From positions 1,760,001 through 1,824,000 of the forward strand of contig CAXXKT010000001.1 of assembly GCA_963662405.2 (NCBI GenBank): a stretch of 64,000 bases of DNA, written 5' to 3'. The notes beneath the pieces were generated by a model. The model saw only the letters and a program-made list of their open reading frames with translations. It did no database searches and was not told where the DNA came from. Position numbers and translations under genes: made by a program. How positions within the stretch are numbered: position 1 is the stretch's first letter; every line of letters starts with the position of its first letter. This document shows positions 40,589 to 50,580 of this stretch, in pieces. The DNA is from Syntrophales bacterium. GTDB taxonomy: Bacteria; Desulfobacterota; Syntrophia; Syntrophales; UBA2210.

Positions 40589-42349
40589 ATGAAGCGGAGA
40601 AACGGGAGGGTGAAGGGGTGGAGGGTATCGCTCGTCGCAATGATCGTTGCCGGATTTGTCCTGTGGGCTGTGAACGGCTTGTGGGATGGGGCCGTGGCCG
40701 TGGCGGAAGATTCGATGAGGCTGGAGAGGAATACCGCCTAGGGAATCGTGATCGGAACGGAGGACAAGGTTACCAACACGCTTTCATGGAAGGGGATTCC
40801 CTACGCGAAGGCGCCCGTCGGGGATCTCCGCTGGAAGGAACCGCGGGATCCTGAGATGCGGCCGGAGCCCTTCACGGCATCGGTTTTCTGTGAGATCTGT
40901 CCCCAGTACACCGATCATGACGCAGATCGGACGACGCCGCAGGTCATTCTGGGCAATGAGGATTGTCTTTCCCTGAACATCTGGCGTCCCAAGTCTCGTG
41001 AGGACAAGCTTCCCGTTTTCTTCTGGATCCATGGCGGGGGAAACAGCATTCAGTGGCCCCGCCTCTCATGGCTTGACGGGAGCGTCCTAGCAAACCGGTC
41101 CAACCTGGTTGTCGTGTCGGCTAATTACCGTCTCGGTCCCATGGGATGGTTCAGTCACCCGGCCCTTCGGAGCGGGAAGGAAGGGGACGAACGGACCGAT
41201 TCCGGGAATTTCGGCACCCTGGACCTGATCAAGGCCCTGTCGTGGGTCCGGGACAATATCGAGGCCTTCGGGGGCGATCCGGCGAAGGTGACCATTGCCG
41301 GGGAATCGGCGGGAGGACAGAACGTGATAATGCTCATCGCCTCCCCCCTGGCGCGCGGTCTCTTTCACCGGGCCATTTCCCAGAGCGGTGTGGTCAGGGC
41401 AAAGACCCCCGCGCAGGGAGAGGAACACGTCAATACCGTCATCAAAAAACTCCTGGTCAGAGATGGTTCCGCCCCGGATGAAGAGGAGGCCGCGGCCAGA
41501 CTGAAGAGAATGTCCTCCGAAAAGATTGCCCGGTACCTCAGATCGAAGAGCGCCGGGGAACTGCTGGAGCTGTACCCGGAGGGCCCCTCACGGGGGATGA
41601 TCGATTTCCCCAACTGGTTCGCCGACGGTACGGTCGAACCGGTTGGTTTCTACGCCGCCGTGAAGACGGGAAATTACAACAAAGTGCCCGTGATTCTGGG
41701 AACCAACAAGGAGGAGGTGAAGCTGTTCCTGTTGGCCGATCCCGTTTTTGCGCCGGAGGTGGCAAGTGGTTCGATCTTCATGGACCTCGCCCGGGGAGAA
41801 CTTTATGACCTGGTCGCCCGGTATCGGACGGAGGGTTGGAAGATCATGGCGGTGGACGGCCTGGCGCGTATCATGCGATCCCACGCCGATCAGCCTCCCC
41901 TTTACACCTATGAATTTCTGTGGGGTGCGGGAGGTATGGAGAAGAGCGTCATACCCTTTCCCTACGGCATGTTGATGGGTTCATGCCATGCCATGGAATT
42001 GGATTTTATCTTCGGTACGGAAGCCGCGTCACTCGGCGGGTTTGCCTTCGACAGGCAGAACCGGCCGGGGAGGATCGCCCTGTCAAATGCCATGATGACC
42101 TACTGGGCCCAGTTTGCCCGAACCGGAAATCCGAATGAGGATGGGTCTTTCCTCCCCGCGTGGAAACCCTGGTCCAATGAGCCGGGGGCACCGAAGGGTA
42201 TCCTGCTTGATGCGGGGTTCACCGATCTCAAGATAGCGATGTCCGATCGGGAGCTGACCGCGGAGATCTCAAAGAAGGCACTCGCGGCGGAGCCGAGGGC
42301 GGCGGAACTGGAACAGCTGGTCGGGATGCCTCCGGTAAAAAAAGATTAA
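40589..42349 (+). pseudogene. Type-B carboxylesterase interrupted by one in-frame TAG (40739-40741)
   Basis: Signal-peptide ORF and catalytic ORF are in the same frame; KGIPYA, EDCLSLNIW, WIHGGG, GESAGG and CHAMEL are intact. Confidence 0.8.
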
Positions 42350-42475
42350 TGCCAAGATAAATAAGCTTTTTTATGGAAGGAACAGTTGATTTGCAAAAGG
42401 CCGCCCCGGCTGCTTTCATCTATTCGCAGACGGTACGGAGCGGCCGATTGGTTAAAATGACTGGCGTGGTTGCTG

Positions 42476-42949
42476 CTATTGATCCTTCGGCAGCGGTATG
42501 ATGAAGACCGGTTTGTGGGCGCGTCTCAGGACCCGCTCGGCGACGCTTCCCAGGAAGGTATAGCTCAACAGTCCCTTCCCGTGGGTCCCCATGATGATCA
42601 CGTCGCAGTCCTGGTCATCCGCGATTCTGAGGATCACTTCGGCGGGATACCCGCGCCTGACCTCGACCGCCGTAATCCTCTTTATGTATTCCGGCCGCTC
42701 CCGGAGTTCCTCCCTGCAGAAATCATCGAGGCGCCTGCTCAGCTGTTCTATGGTTCCCTCATTGATGTCACCAACATCCCAGTCGAGCATGCCGTAAGCC
42801 CGCATGGCCTGAGGGATATTCTCGATGACGTGGAGGACGATCATCTCCGCATCATGCTTTTCCATGGTGTTGACGGCATAGCGAAAGGCATACATCGAAT
42901 TTTCTGAAAGATCTGTTGCATAAAGAACCCTCTTGATCTTCGGTATCAT
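42476..42949 (-). CDS. Universal stress protein
   Basis: VLYATDLS, IIMGTHG, FLGSVAERVLR. Confidence 0.92.
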   Translation of the reverse strand: MIPKIKRVLYATDLSENSMYAFRYAVNTMEKHDAEMIVLHVIENIPQAMRAYGMLDWDVGDINEGTIEQLSRRLDDFCREELRERPEYIKRITAVEVRRGYPAEVILRIADDQDCDVIIMGTHGKGLLSYTFLGSVAERVLRRAHKPVFIIPLPKDQ

Positions 42950-43122
42950 GATGCGTTCCTCCCATACGGCATTTTCACCATCTTACCCTATCTTATCGCA
43001 TGATTCGATGCATGAAAGCAACAAGAACCGTGTCCCATGAGATTATCCGGTGACTCCGGTGATGATGTTGGCTTTTGGATGGTGTCGATATACGGAGCGC
43101 TGGGATCATGAGAGCTGATGAA

Positions 43123-44205
43123 TTATTTCTGAGACATCTCTGTCACGGAATTGACGATCCGGACGCTGGTGCTCTTGATCATTGCGTAGACGGTATCACC
43201 CGGTGTGAGAGAGAGGCGTTCGAGAGAGTGGTTGGTAACGAGCACGTCAAAGGGTGTTTCGCCGGCGTTGAGAGAAAGGAGGGATGTTTTCCCTTCGTAC
43301 GAGATCTTTGAGAGCGTGGCGCGGATATGATTTTGAGCGGAGGTCTGCGGTGACGGTTGAGTTCCGACGATTATGTCTTCCGGGCGGACGGCGAGACTGA
43401 CCGTCGTCCCGATTTCCGCGGGATCGATCGTCTTCATCGTGAAGCCGTTGACGTTGACGGTGGAGATGCCGTTGTCACATCCGACGACGGTCCCTTCCAT
43501 GAGGGTCGCCCCCACGAAATCGGCGATGAAGGATGTCCGGGGCCGGGTAAAGACCTCTTCAAGGGGGCCGAACTGCAGGAGATGCCCGTCCCTGATGACA
43601 GCGACCTTGTTGGCGAGGGTCCACGCGTCACCCAGGTCATGAGTGACATGCATGACCGTGGTATTCCGCTCGGTGATCGCCTGTTTGAGGAGCGTTCTCG
43701 TGTCGCGCCGCGTCTGCGGATCAAGGGCGGAAAATGGTTCGTCCATGAGGAGCATCCTAGGCTCAACGATGAGGGCGCGCGCCAGGGCCACCCGCTGTTG
43801 CTCTCCCCCTGAGAGGGTCGCCGGTTTCCGGTGGAGCAGATGATCGATATACAGAGCGCCAGCGATTTCGTGGATCCTGTCCTTCATCCCGCGGGGTTTC
43901 TTTTTTTTCAGTCCGTATTCGATATTCTTGTAGACGGTGAAGTGGGGGAGGAGGGCGTAATCCTGATAGACGATGCCGATGCGCCGTCTCTCCGGCAGTT
44001 CTCTCGTGATATCGATATCTTCAAGGTAGATAGTTCCCCGGTCGGGTGTCCAGAAGCCGATGAGACTCTCCAGAAGGATCGTCTTTCCCGCCCCGGTGGG
44101 TCCGATGATGGTGAGGTAGTCGCCCCGGTCGAGGTCGAACGAGACCCCGTTCAGGTAAAACTCACCCAGATCGATGTGGAGGTCTTTTACGGCAAGGAAA
44201 CTCAC
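43123..44205 (-). CDS. modC: Molybdate/tungstate ABC transporter ATPase with TOBE domains
   Basis: GTG start overlapping permease stop; GPTGAGKT, LSGGEQQR, DEPFSALD, SAQNHI, VYAMIKS. Confidence 0.85.
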   Translation of the reverse strand: MSFLAVKDLHIDLGEFYLNGVSFDLDRGDYLTIIGPTGAGKTILLESLIGFWTPDRGTIYLEDIDITRELPERRRIGIVYQDYALLPHFTVYKNIEYGLKKKKPRGMKDRIHEIAGALYIDHLLHRKPATLSGGEQQRVALARALIVEPRMLLMDEPFSALDPQTRRDTRTLLKQAITERNTTVMHVTHDLGDAWTLANKVAVIRDGHLLQFGPLEEVFTRPRTSFIADFVGATLMEGTVVGCDNGISTVNVNGFTMKTIDPAEIGTTVSLAVRPEDIIVGTQPSPQTSAQNHIRATLSKISYEGKTSLLSLNAGETPFDVLVTNHSLERLSLTPGDTVYAMIKSTSVRIVNSVTEMSQK

Positions 44206-44975
44206 AGGCTCACCTCCGTTCGTTCGAAGACATAGATTGCCGCGAATGAGACGACCATGAGGACGATGCCGCTGGTGAGCGCCATTCCCATGTTTCCGTA
44301 GGAGATGTTGAGATACAGAGTGATCGGAAGGACCTCCGTCTTCATGTAGGTCCCGCCGGCAAGAATGAGAACGGTCCCGAATGTCCCGATACAGCGCGCG
44401 AAGGCGATGACCGTCGATGCGAGGATGCCGTTTCGGGCGAGGGGGAGCGAGACGTTGAGAAAGGTCTCGAACATGGAATACCCCAGCGATCGTGAGACGA
44501 ATTCCATTCTCGGGTCGATATAATCGAAGGTCGATTTCATGATGCGACAGGCGTAGGGGAGGGCTGTAAAAAACTGGGCGGCGACGACACCCTCTATGGT
44601 AAAAACGAAGTTGAGCCCCATACTGCCGAAGAACTTTCCGACGAAGGTATTGCCGAAGAGGAGCAGGAGACAAAGCCCCAGGACCAGTTCGGGAAAGGCG
44701 ACGGGGAGATCGATAATGGTTTTAACGAACCCCTTTCCCATAAACTCGAATCGGGAGAGGGTATATCCGACGGGGAGGGCGAAGAGTGCCACGAGCGCCG
44801 TCGATAACAGCCCCGTCCAGAGGGAGAGCCTGAGGGAATACATCATCTCTTTGCTTTTGAGGCTCTCCCAGACATCTTTCAGATCGGGGACCATAAAGAG
44901 CGCCCCGATCGCAAGGACGAGTACGGCGGTGATGAGAAATGATATGAAAATCAACACTGCCTTGAAGGCATTCAT
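44202..44975 (-). CDS. modB: Molybdate/tungstate ABC transporter permease
   Basis: DLPVAFPELVLG, VSRSLG, FARCIGTFG; lies between binding protein and ATPase. Confidence 0.85.
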   Translation of the reverse strand: MNAFKAVLIFISFLITAVLVLAIGALFMVPDLKDVWESLKSKEMMYSLRLSLWTGLLSTALVALFALPVGYTLSRFEFMGKGFVKTIIDLPVAFPELVLGLCLLLLFGNTFVGKFFGSMGLNFVFTIEGVVAAQFFTALPYACRIMKSTFDYIDPRMEFVSRSLGYSMFETFLNVSLPLARNGILASTVIAFARCIGTFGTVLILAGGTYMKTEVLPITLYLNISYGNMGMALTSGIVLMVVSFAAIYVFERTEVSL

Positions 44976-44998
44976 CTGCTCCGTGCGTTGATGCGCCG

Positions 44999-45757
44999 TT
45001 ACTGCCCGCACGGTTCAAACCCCCATTCCTGCCAGATAGCGAGACCTTCCGGTGATGAGACATAGGCATTGAACTGCATCGCCATGTCTCTATGGGGCGC
45101 CGTGGTGCAGACAGCGGTGGGGATGGTCTTGATGATATTTTTGCCGTCGGCGATTCGCACGACATCGAGCTTTCCCTTTCCTTCCGCCCAGGTAACGAGA
45201 TCCCCCCAGATAATGGCGGCATCGACCTGTTTCAGGGCCACATAGATCAGAAGCTGGTTGACGGTCGGGGCATAGACGCCGATATTCGGGGTTATGCGTT
45301 CCCACAGATTCTGTTTTTGAAGGATCTTCTTGGCGACACGCCCGATGGCGGGGGCCTTGGGATCGCCGATGGCGACGCGCACACCCTCCCGCGCGAGATC
45401 TGCCAGGCAGGTGACCTGTGCGGGATTCCCCTTCGGAACGGCGATAACGGGAACGTGAAGGACGAGAGGACGGATGGTTTCTCCGTTGACCCAGCCGTTT
45501 TTCAGGGCGTCGTGCATATATTTTTCGGCCCCCGGGATGAGGACGTCACAGGGCTGACCGGCCGCCACCTGGGCGAATATTTCCCCCGAACTTCCGTAAT
45601 GCACCTCTACTTTGAGGTGATGTACCGATTCGAAATTTTTTCTCAGTTCCTCCATGGGCTTCATGAGGCCGGCGCCGCTGAAAATGATGAGGTCTGCTGC
45701 GAGACATTGCCCTGTCCAGAGGATCAACATGGTAAAAATGATCAGAAATTTCTTCAT
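44999..45757 (-). CDS. modA: Molybdate ABC transporter substrate-binding protein
   Basis: Signal peptide; GAGLMKPM, YGSSG, AIGDPKAPAIG, PTVNQL. Confidence 0.88.
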   Translation of the reverse strand: MKKFLIIFTMLILWTGQCLAADLIIFSGAGLMKPMEELRKNFESVHHLKVEVHYGSSGEIFAQVAAGQPCDVLIPGAEKYMHDALKNGWVNGETIRPLVLHVPVIAVPKGNPAQVTCLADLAREGVRVAIGDPKAPAIGRVAKKILQKQNLWERITPNIGVYAPTVNQLLIYVALKQVDAAIIWGDLVTWAEGKGKLDVVRIADGKNIIKTIPTAVCTTAPHRDMAMQFNAYVSSPEGLAIWQEWGFEPCGQ

Positions 45758-45805
45758 TATACAATCCTTTCTGCTATGAAGATGATTTGTCCGTACCGTG
45801 TGGGC

Positions 45806-45834
45806 TCTATATCGTATCCCCGGGTAATTGTCAA
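45806..45834 (-). promoter_or_regulatory. Candidate sigma70 promoter of modABC
   Basis: TTGACA-N17-TATAGA on minus strand. Confidence 0.55.
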
Positions 45835-46070
45835 ATTAGGGTACTATCAATCAATATTAGTAATCCCCGGTTTTTTATTGGCAATATGTATCAATTTATT
45901 GCCGGATGACCTCGTGTTGGACAAGCGATCAAATCTCTGTTTGACTTTTTGGTGTTAATTCGGACAATGATAGAGAGCAAGAAGGGGGGACCCCGCCGGA
46001 AATAACGGGAGAGTCCGGGGAAATGACGAAGGCCCCTGTTGGCCGGAAGGGGTACTGCAGGATTTCAATT

Positions 46071-46949
46071 ATGGGTCGAGACAGTCTCTATTCCGTAGAG
46101 GATATCCGAAAGGCCTACGAGGCTGTTCGGGATCACGTAGAGACACGCCGTCTGATTTCCCGATATTCCGTCAATCGGCAGGATATCCGCGAGCGCGCCC
46201 TGGAGGGGCTCGACCTGAGCGGTTTCGCGGATGTCCTGGATCTGGGCTGTGCCTATGGGTTTTTTACCGAACGGCTTGCCGGATGCCTGAGGGAGGGAGC
46301 CGCGGTCACCGGGCTCGACCTGATCGACGACGCCAACCGGAACCTCTTTCTCAGGACCGTGGATTCGATGGGATATCGGGGGCGGTTCATCGCGGGGAGC
46401 GCCGAACTGATTGCGGATATCGTCTCGGACAGCATTGACCTTGTCGTGGCCAGTTATTCTCTCTACTTCTTCCCCCATCTGATCGGAGAGATCGCACGGA
46501 TCCTGAGACCGGACGGGGTCTTTATCGCCATCACCCATGCCGAATCTTCGCTCCGGGAGATCATCCGCCTGATCCCGGGGTGTATGGTATCGGCCGGCAT
46601 CGATGCCCCCCCGGAGGAACCGGCCATCGCACAATTATTACGGGTCTTTTCCCTGGAGAACGGCGAGGCACAGCTTGAAGAGCACTTCGGCAGGATCGAA
46701 CGGATCGACTTCGACAACGACCTCCTCTTTCCCCTGGACAGTATCGAGGATTGTATCGATTATCTGGGGAAAAAACAGACCCTCCTCTTCAAGGAGCTGT
46801 TTGACACCTGTCCGCAAAGGGCCGGTGAGGCGCTGTCCTGTTTTTATCGCGCGATCCATGAAAACGCCCGCCGGGAGGGGAAGGTGGCCATTACCAAGGA
46901 CGACTGTATCTTCCGATGTTTTACTCCCCGAAGAGGGGGTGTGTCGTGA
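46071..46949 (+). CDS. Class I SAM-dependent methyltransferase
   Basis: VLDLGCAYG, DLVVASYSLY, EIARILRPDG; start uncertain (46023 or 46071). Confidence 0.85.
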   Translation: MGRDSLYSVEDIRKAYEAVRDHVETRRLISRYSVNRQDIRERALEGLDLSGFADVLDLGCAYGFFTERLAGCLREGAAVTGLDLIDDANRNLFLRTVDSMGYRGRFIAGSAELIADIVSDSIDLVVASYSLYFFPHLIGEIARILRPDGVFIAITHAESSLREIIRLIPGCMVSAGIDAPPEEPAIAQLLRVFSLENGEAQLEEHFGRIERIDFDNDLLFPLDSIEDCIDYLGKKQTLLFKELFDTCPQRAGEALSCFYRAIHENARREGKVAITKDDCIFRCFTPRRGGVS

Positions 46950-47965
46950 AGAAGGAACGGCGATACTGCTGTCACTGCGGGAATGTATTGGATAAACGGA
47001 TGATTGAGGGGCGGATGAGGGGGTATTGCCCCCGTTGTGACACCGTCTTTTATGAAAATCCGCTCCCCGTTGCCGGCGCCATTGTGGTCAACAAAAAGAG
47101 GGAGATCCTCCTGGTGAGGCGGAAGAATGATCCCTACCGGGGGATGTGGTGTCTCCCCATCGGTTTCGCCGAGACGGGGGAGGCGGTGCGGGAGGCCGCC
47201 CTGCGGGAATTGCATGAAGAAACGGGGCTGCAGGGGGAAATCGTCAGGTTGGTCGATGTCGATACCGTGGATGATTCCTATTACGGGAGCATGGCCATTA
47301 TCACGTACGAGGTCCGCCGGACCGGGGGAAAAGTCGCTGCCGGGGACGATGCCGTTGAGGCCCGGTTTGTCCCTATTGACGAACTCCCGCCCCTGGCGTG
47401 GGAGGCGAACCGGAAGGCCATCGACCGATATCTCGCCCTCTACCGGGACGCCTGGGCCATGGCGGATTCCTACCGGCACCTCTTTTCCGATATGGAAGAA
47501 AGCGAGGTCCCGCCGGCCGGACCGCATGAGGAACACGCCTTTCTCTCGGATGTGATGGTGCGGGCCATCGACCGGTACCAGGATGAGATCGTGCAGCATT
47601 GGCAGGATGATGTCAGACGAATTGTTCCGGATGTGGGCTCGCAGATACGATTGATTTCGAGAATGCACCTCCGGGTCCTGGAGGAAGTCAAACAGTTTCT
47701 GCGGGGGAGAGGAGGACCCTTCGATCCCGGCTATTTTATCAAAGCGGGGATGGATCTGCGCAGGCGCGGGATCTCACTTCCTTCCATTCTCAGTATGATG
47801 GCGTTGAGCCGGAAGGCGATCTGGACCCAGGTGATGAAACGCCGGATTTTCGGATCACCAATTCAGATCTATACGACCCTGGAGTTGAACAACCGGATCA
47901 TCTTTCTCTATGACCGGATGGATTACCACCTTACTGCTGGCTGGTCGCAAGGGCTGACGCCGTGA
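46946..47965 (+). CDS. NUDIX hydrolase with Zn ribbon and helical C-terminal extension
   Basis: CCHCG..CPRC..FYENP; GFAETGE..AALRELHEETG; AGDDA; GTGA overlap with previous gene. Confidence 0.85.
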   Translation: MKKERRYCCHCGNVLDKRMIEGRMRGYCPRCDTVFYENPLPVAGAIVVNKKREILLVRRKNDPYRGMWCLPIGFAETGEAVREAALRELHEETGLQGEIVRLVDVDTVDDSYYGSMAIITYEVRRTGGKVAAGDDAVEARFVPIDELPPLAWEANRKAIDRYLALYRDAWAMADSYRHLFSDMEESEVPPAGPHEEHAFLSDVMVRAIDRYQDEIVQHWQDDVRRIVPDVGSQIRLISRMHLRVLEEVKQFLRGRGGPFDPGYFIKAGMDLRRRGISLPSILSMMALSRKAIWTQVMKRRIFGSPIQIYTTLELNNRIIFLYDRMDYHLTAGWSQGLTP

Positions 47966-48000
47966 GGGTAAGAAACGATTGAAAGGGATGAGGAACAAGC

Positions 48001-48720
48001 ATGGAACACCGTACCACTGAAAAACATTCTATTTATCTCTGTTCTCCTGCGAATGCCCTGGTCGAGGGTATCTACGAAGAAAAGATCCCCTTTACGGAGA
48101 TCAAAAAACACGGTGATTTCGGTATCGGCACCTTTGACCATCTGGATGGAGAGATGATTATGCTCGACGGGACCATATACCAGATAACAGGGGATGGTCA
48201 CGTCCATGAGGTCGATGAGAAGGCCCTGACCCCCTTCGCCTGTGTTATCTTCTACCGTCCTCTCACCCATGATGAGATCAGCCGTGAAATGGCGTATCCG
48301 GATTTTCTGGAGTGGCTCGAGACGTTGATGCCCTCCCCCAATCTCTTTTATGCGATTCGAATCGACGGTCTTTTCGCGCATGTGGCGGTCCGGTCGGTAC
48401 CGAAACAGGAAAATTACCGTCCCCTGGTCGAGGTCGCCGCCGACCAGCCCGTCTTCAGCTTCGACGATGTGGCGGGCTCTCTGGTGGGGTTTTTCACCCC
48501 TTCCTTTATGTCATCGGTGAATGTCCCGGGACTTCACCTCCATTTTCTTTCCGCCGACCGGCGCCGCGGGGGACATCTCCTGGAATGTGTGCTCCGCGAA
48601 GGGCGTGTCGGCATCCAGTTTATCCACACCTTGGAGCTTTCCCTCCCCATGAGCCTGGATTACCTCACCCTGGATTTCCAGCGTGATGCCGGGCAGGATC
48701 TGGCGAAGGCGGAGAAATAG
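48001..48720 (+). CDS. budA: Alpha-acetolactate decarboxylase
   Basis: HGDFGIGTFDHLDGEM, TPFA, VRSVP, GLHLHF, GGH. Confidence 0.92.
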   Translation: MEHRTTEKHSIYLCSPANALVEGIYEEKIPFTEIKKHGDFGIGTFDHLDGEMIMLDGTIYQITGDGHVHEVDEKALTPFACVIFYRPLTHDEISREMAYPDFLEWLETLMPSPNLFYAIRIDGLFAHVAVRSVPKQENYRPLVEVAADQPVFSFDDVAGSLVGFFTPSFMSSVNVPGLHLHFLSADRRRGGHLLECVLREGRVGIQFIHTLELSLPMSLDYLTLDFQRDAGQDLAKAEK

Positions 48721-48741
48721 CGTTTCCACGCGGGGGAACGG

Positions 48742-50355
48742 TTATCTCTTGTTGTTGGCGATATCCTGGGAGAGGAGCCGGGCGTAGCGGCCCAGCGTCC
48801 AGACGGACCGTTCAAAGAGGTTGGTCACGTAGAGGATCAGTGAACGCTCATCGGTGCCGAGGCTTGCTTCCGATGCAAGGTAACTGCCTCGAATCTTCTC
48901 CATCAGCTGACCTTTGTCCGCGGTGAGTGATGTAAGGATGTCCAGATCGGTCCGGTCGGTGCTCTCCGTCGCATCAATAGCGGTCAGTACGATGGCATCG
49001 AGACTCTCAACGATGTTCATGGCAAGGCCGGCGACCTTCCCCTCGACGGAGGTGTTCTTCAGTGTTTCGACCAGGTTGTAACAGTTATCCTCCAGGGCGG
49101 CGACCAGGTTATGGCGGTCCTGCACGTTGAGGAGCGACTCCGATGTCCTCAGCGAGAGATCCTGACGAAAGACGTCGGCGGTAAAGGCGTGGATCTCAGC
49201 GGAAACCTCGGCAAAAGCGGCATGATGGGCTTCGAGGGAGGGGGGCTGATCGGAGGCGATGTCCCCGCGCACCTTATCCAGGTAAGAGGGGATCCGACGC
49301 AACAGGCGGTGTACCTCTTGTTCGGCCAGCAGAACGGCGGTTTCGGGTTCACTGACGGCATGTTCATTGATGAATTGTATCTTGGATAACTCTTCTTCTT
49401 CCAGTGGCGGCCAGAAATGTTCGAGGAACCGATAGAGGGGGTCCAGGACAAAGGAGAGGACGACGGGTACCAGAAAATTGAAGATCAGCACCACCAGGGC
49501 TGCCTGCCGCGCGATGTCATCGGAGAGAAGCCCGATGAATGCCTTGACCAGTGGGATATCGGTATAGAGCTCGACATAAAAGAGCACCATGAAGATGGGG
49601 ATGCCGAATACGTTAAAGAGAACCTGCCCCATCACCGACTGTTTGGCGGAGCCCTTGAGGCTCGATGAGAGGACATAGGTGGTCACACTCGATCCCAGAT
49701 GAGCGCCGTAGATAATCATCAGGGTCTGATCGATGGTAAAAAGACCCGATTTGGTCATTGCCACGGCGATGATAATGATCCCCAAAGCTGCCTGTGAAAC
49801 GAAGGCCAGTACCGCTCCGATCAGAAAGGTGAGGAGGTAGGAACTCCTCGTGTTATAGAGAAGAGTCTTGATCCAGGGGGTCTCGGCGACAGGGGATGCC
49901 CCGGAACCCACCATGTGCAGGCCGAGAAAGAGGAGCGATATGCCGAAGAGCGTGCCCAGTACATGATGAAACTCCTTCGGTTTTTCAAAGGCATAACAGA
50001 TCCCCGAGATGCCCAGGAGGACCAGGACGATATTCTGGATGTCAAGGACGGCGAGAAGGACCAGCGTGGAACACCCCGCGTTTGCCCAGAAGACAATGGG
50101 GAGGGATTTGCGCACCGTCAGGAGTCCGCTGGAGATCAGGCTTGCCACAATAAAGGACGAAACCGATGTGCTCTGGGTGACGAAGCCGGAAAGGGCCCCC
50201 CAGAAGCCGGCAACGATGCCCCGATCGGTGAAACGGGCGATCGTCAGTTTGAGCCGCCTGCTGGTCATCAGCTTGAGGTTGCTGCTGACCATCCGGATGC
50301 CGACGAAGAAGAGCCCGAGACCTCCAAGGAGCAGGGCGATAGAGTTGTTAATCAT
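48742..50355 (-). CDS. Na/Pi cotransporter family protein
   Basis: LGGLGLFFVG, TQSTS, GAHLGS repeats; soluble helical PhoU-like C-terminus. Confidence 0.85.
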   Translation of the reverse strand: MINNSIALLLGGLGLFFVGIRMVSSNLKLMTSRRLKLTIARFTDRGIVAGFWGALSGFVTQSTSVSSFIVASLISSGLLTVRKSLPIVFWANAGCSTLVLLAVLDIQNIVLVLLGISGICYAFEKPKEFHHVLGTLFGISLLFLGLHMVGSGASPVAETPWIKTLLYNTRSSYLLTFLIGAVLAFVSQAALGIIIIAVAMTKSGLFTIDQTLMIIYGAHLGSSVTTYVLSSSLKGSAKQSVMGQVLFNVFGIPIFMVLFYVELYTDIPLVKAFIGLLSDDIARQAALVVLIFNFLVPVVLSFVLDPLYRFLEHFWPPLEEEELSKIQFINEHAVSEPETAVLLAEQEVHRLLRRIPSYLDKVRGDIASDQPPSLEAHHAAFAEVSAEIHAFTADVFRQDLSLRTSESLLNVQDRHNLVAALEDNCYNLVETLKNTSVEGKVAGLAMNIVESLDAIVLTAIDATESTDRTDLDILTSLTADKGQLMEKIRGSYLASEASLGTDERSLILYVTNLFERSVWTLGRYARLLSQDIANNKR

Positions 50356-50580
50356 GGGATGTCACCGTGGCTGTTTCAAGTACAGAGCGGATCTTTAAGC
50401 AATTTGCCCCTCACCGATTCTTCTACTATATCTTTGTTTCAATTGCAAAACCGCTTTCCCCCTCCGACGGCCTCGCGCAAAGGCTCACACGAGGATCGCG
50501 AGCCCTCATCGTGAGATGGGCATTCATCGGACAGACACATATGGCGGCGCTGTTTGTCAGGCTGGTGACTGAGAAGGCAC

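Noticed and set aside
45790..45830. ModE/TunR operator at the modA promoter
   Set aside because: Only weak dyad symmetry; cannot be matched to a consensus with confidence.
48001..48720. Acetoin pathway operon
   Set aside because: budA is alone here; no acetolactate synthase or butanediol dehydrogenase adjacent.
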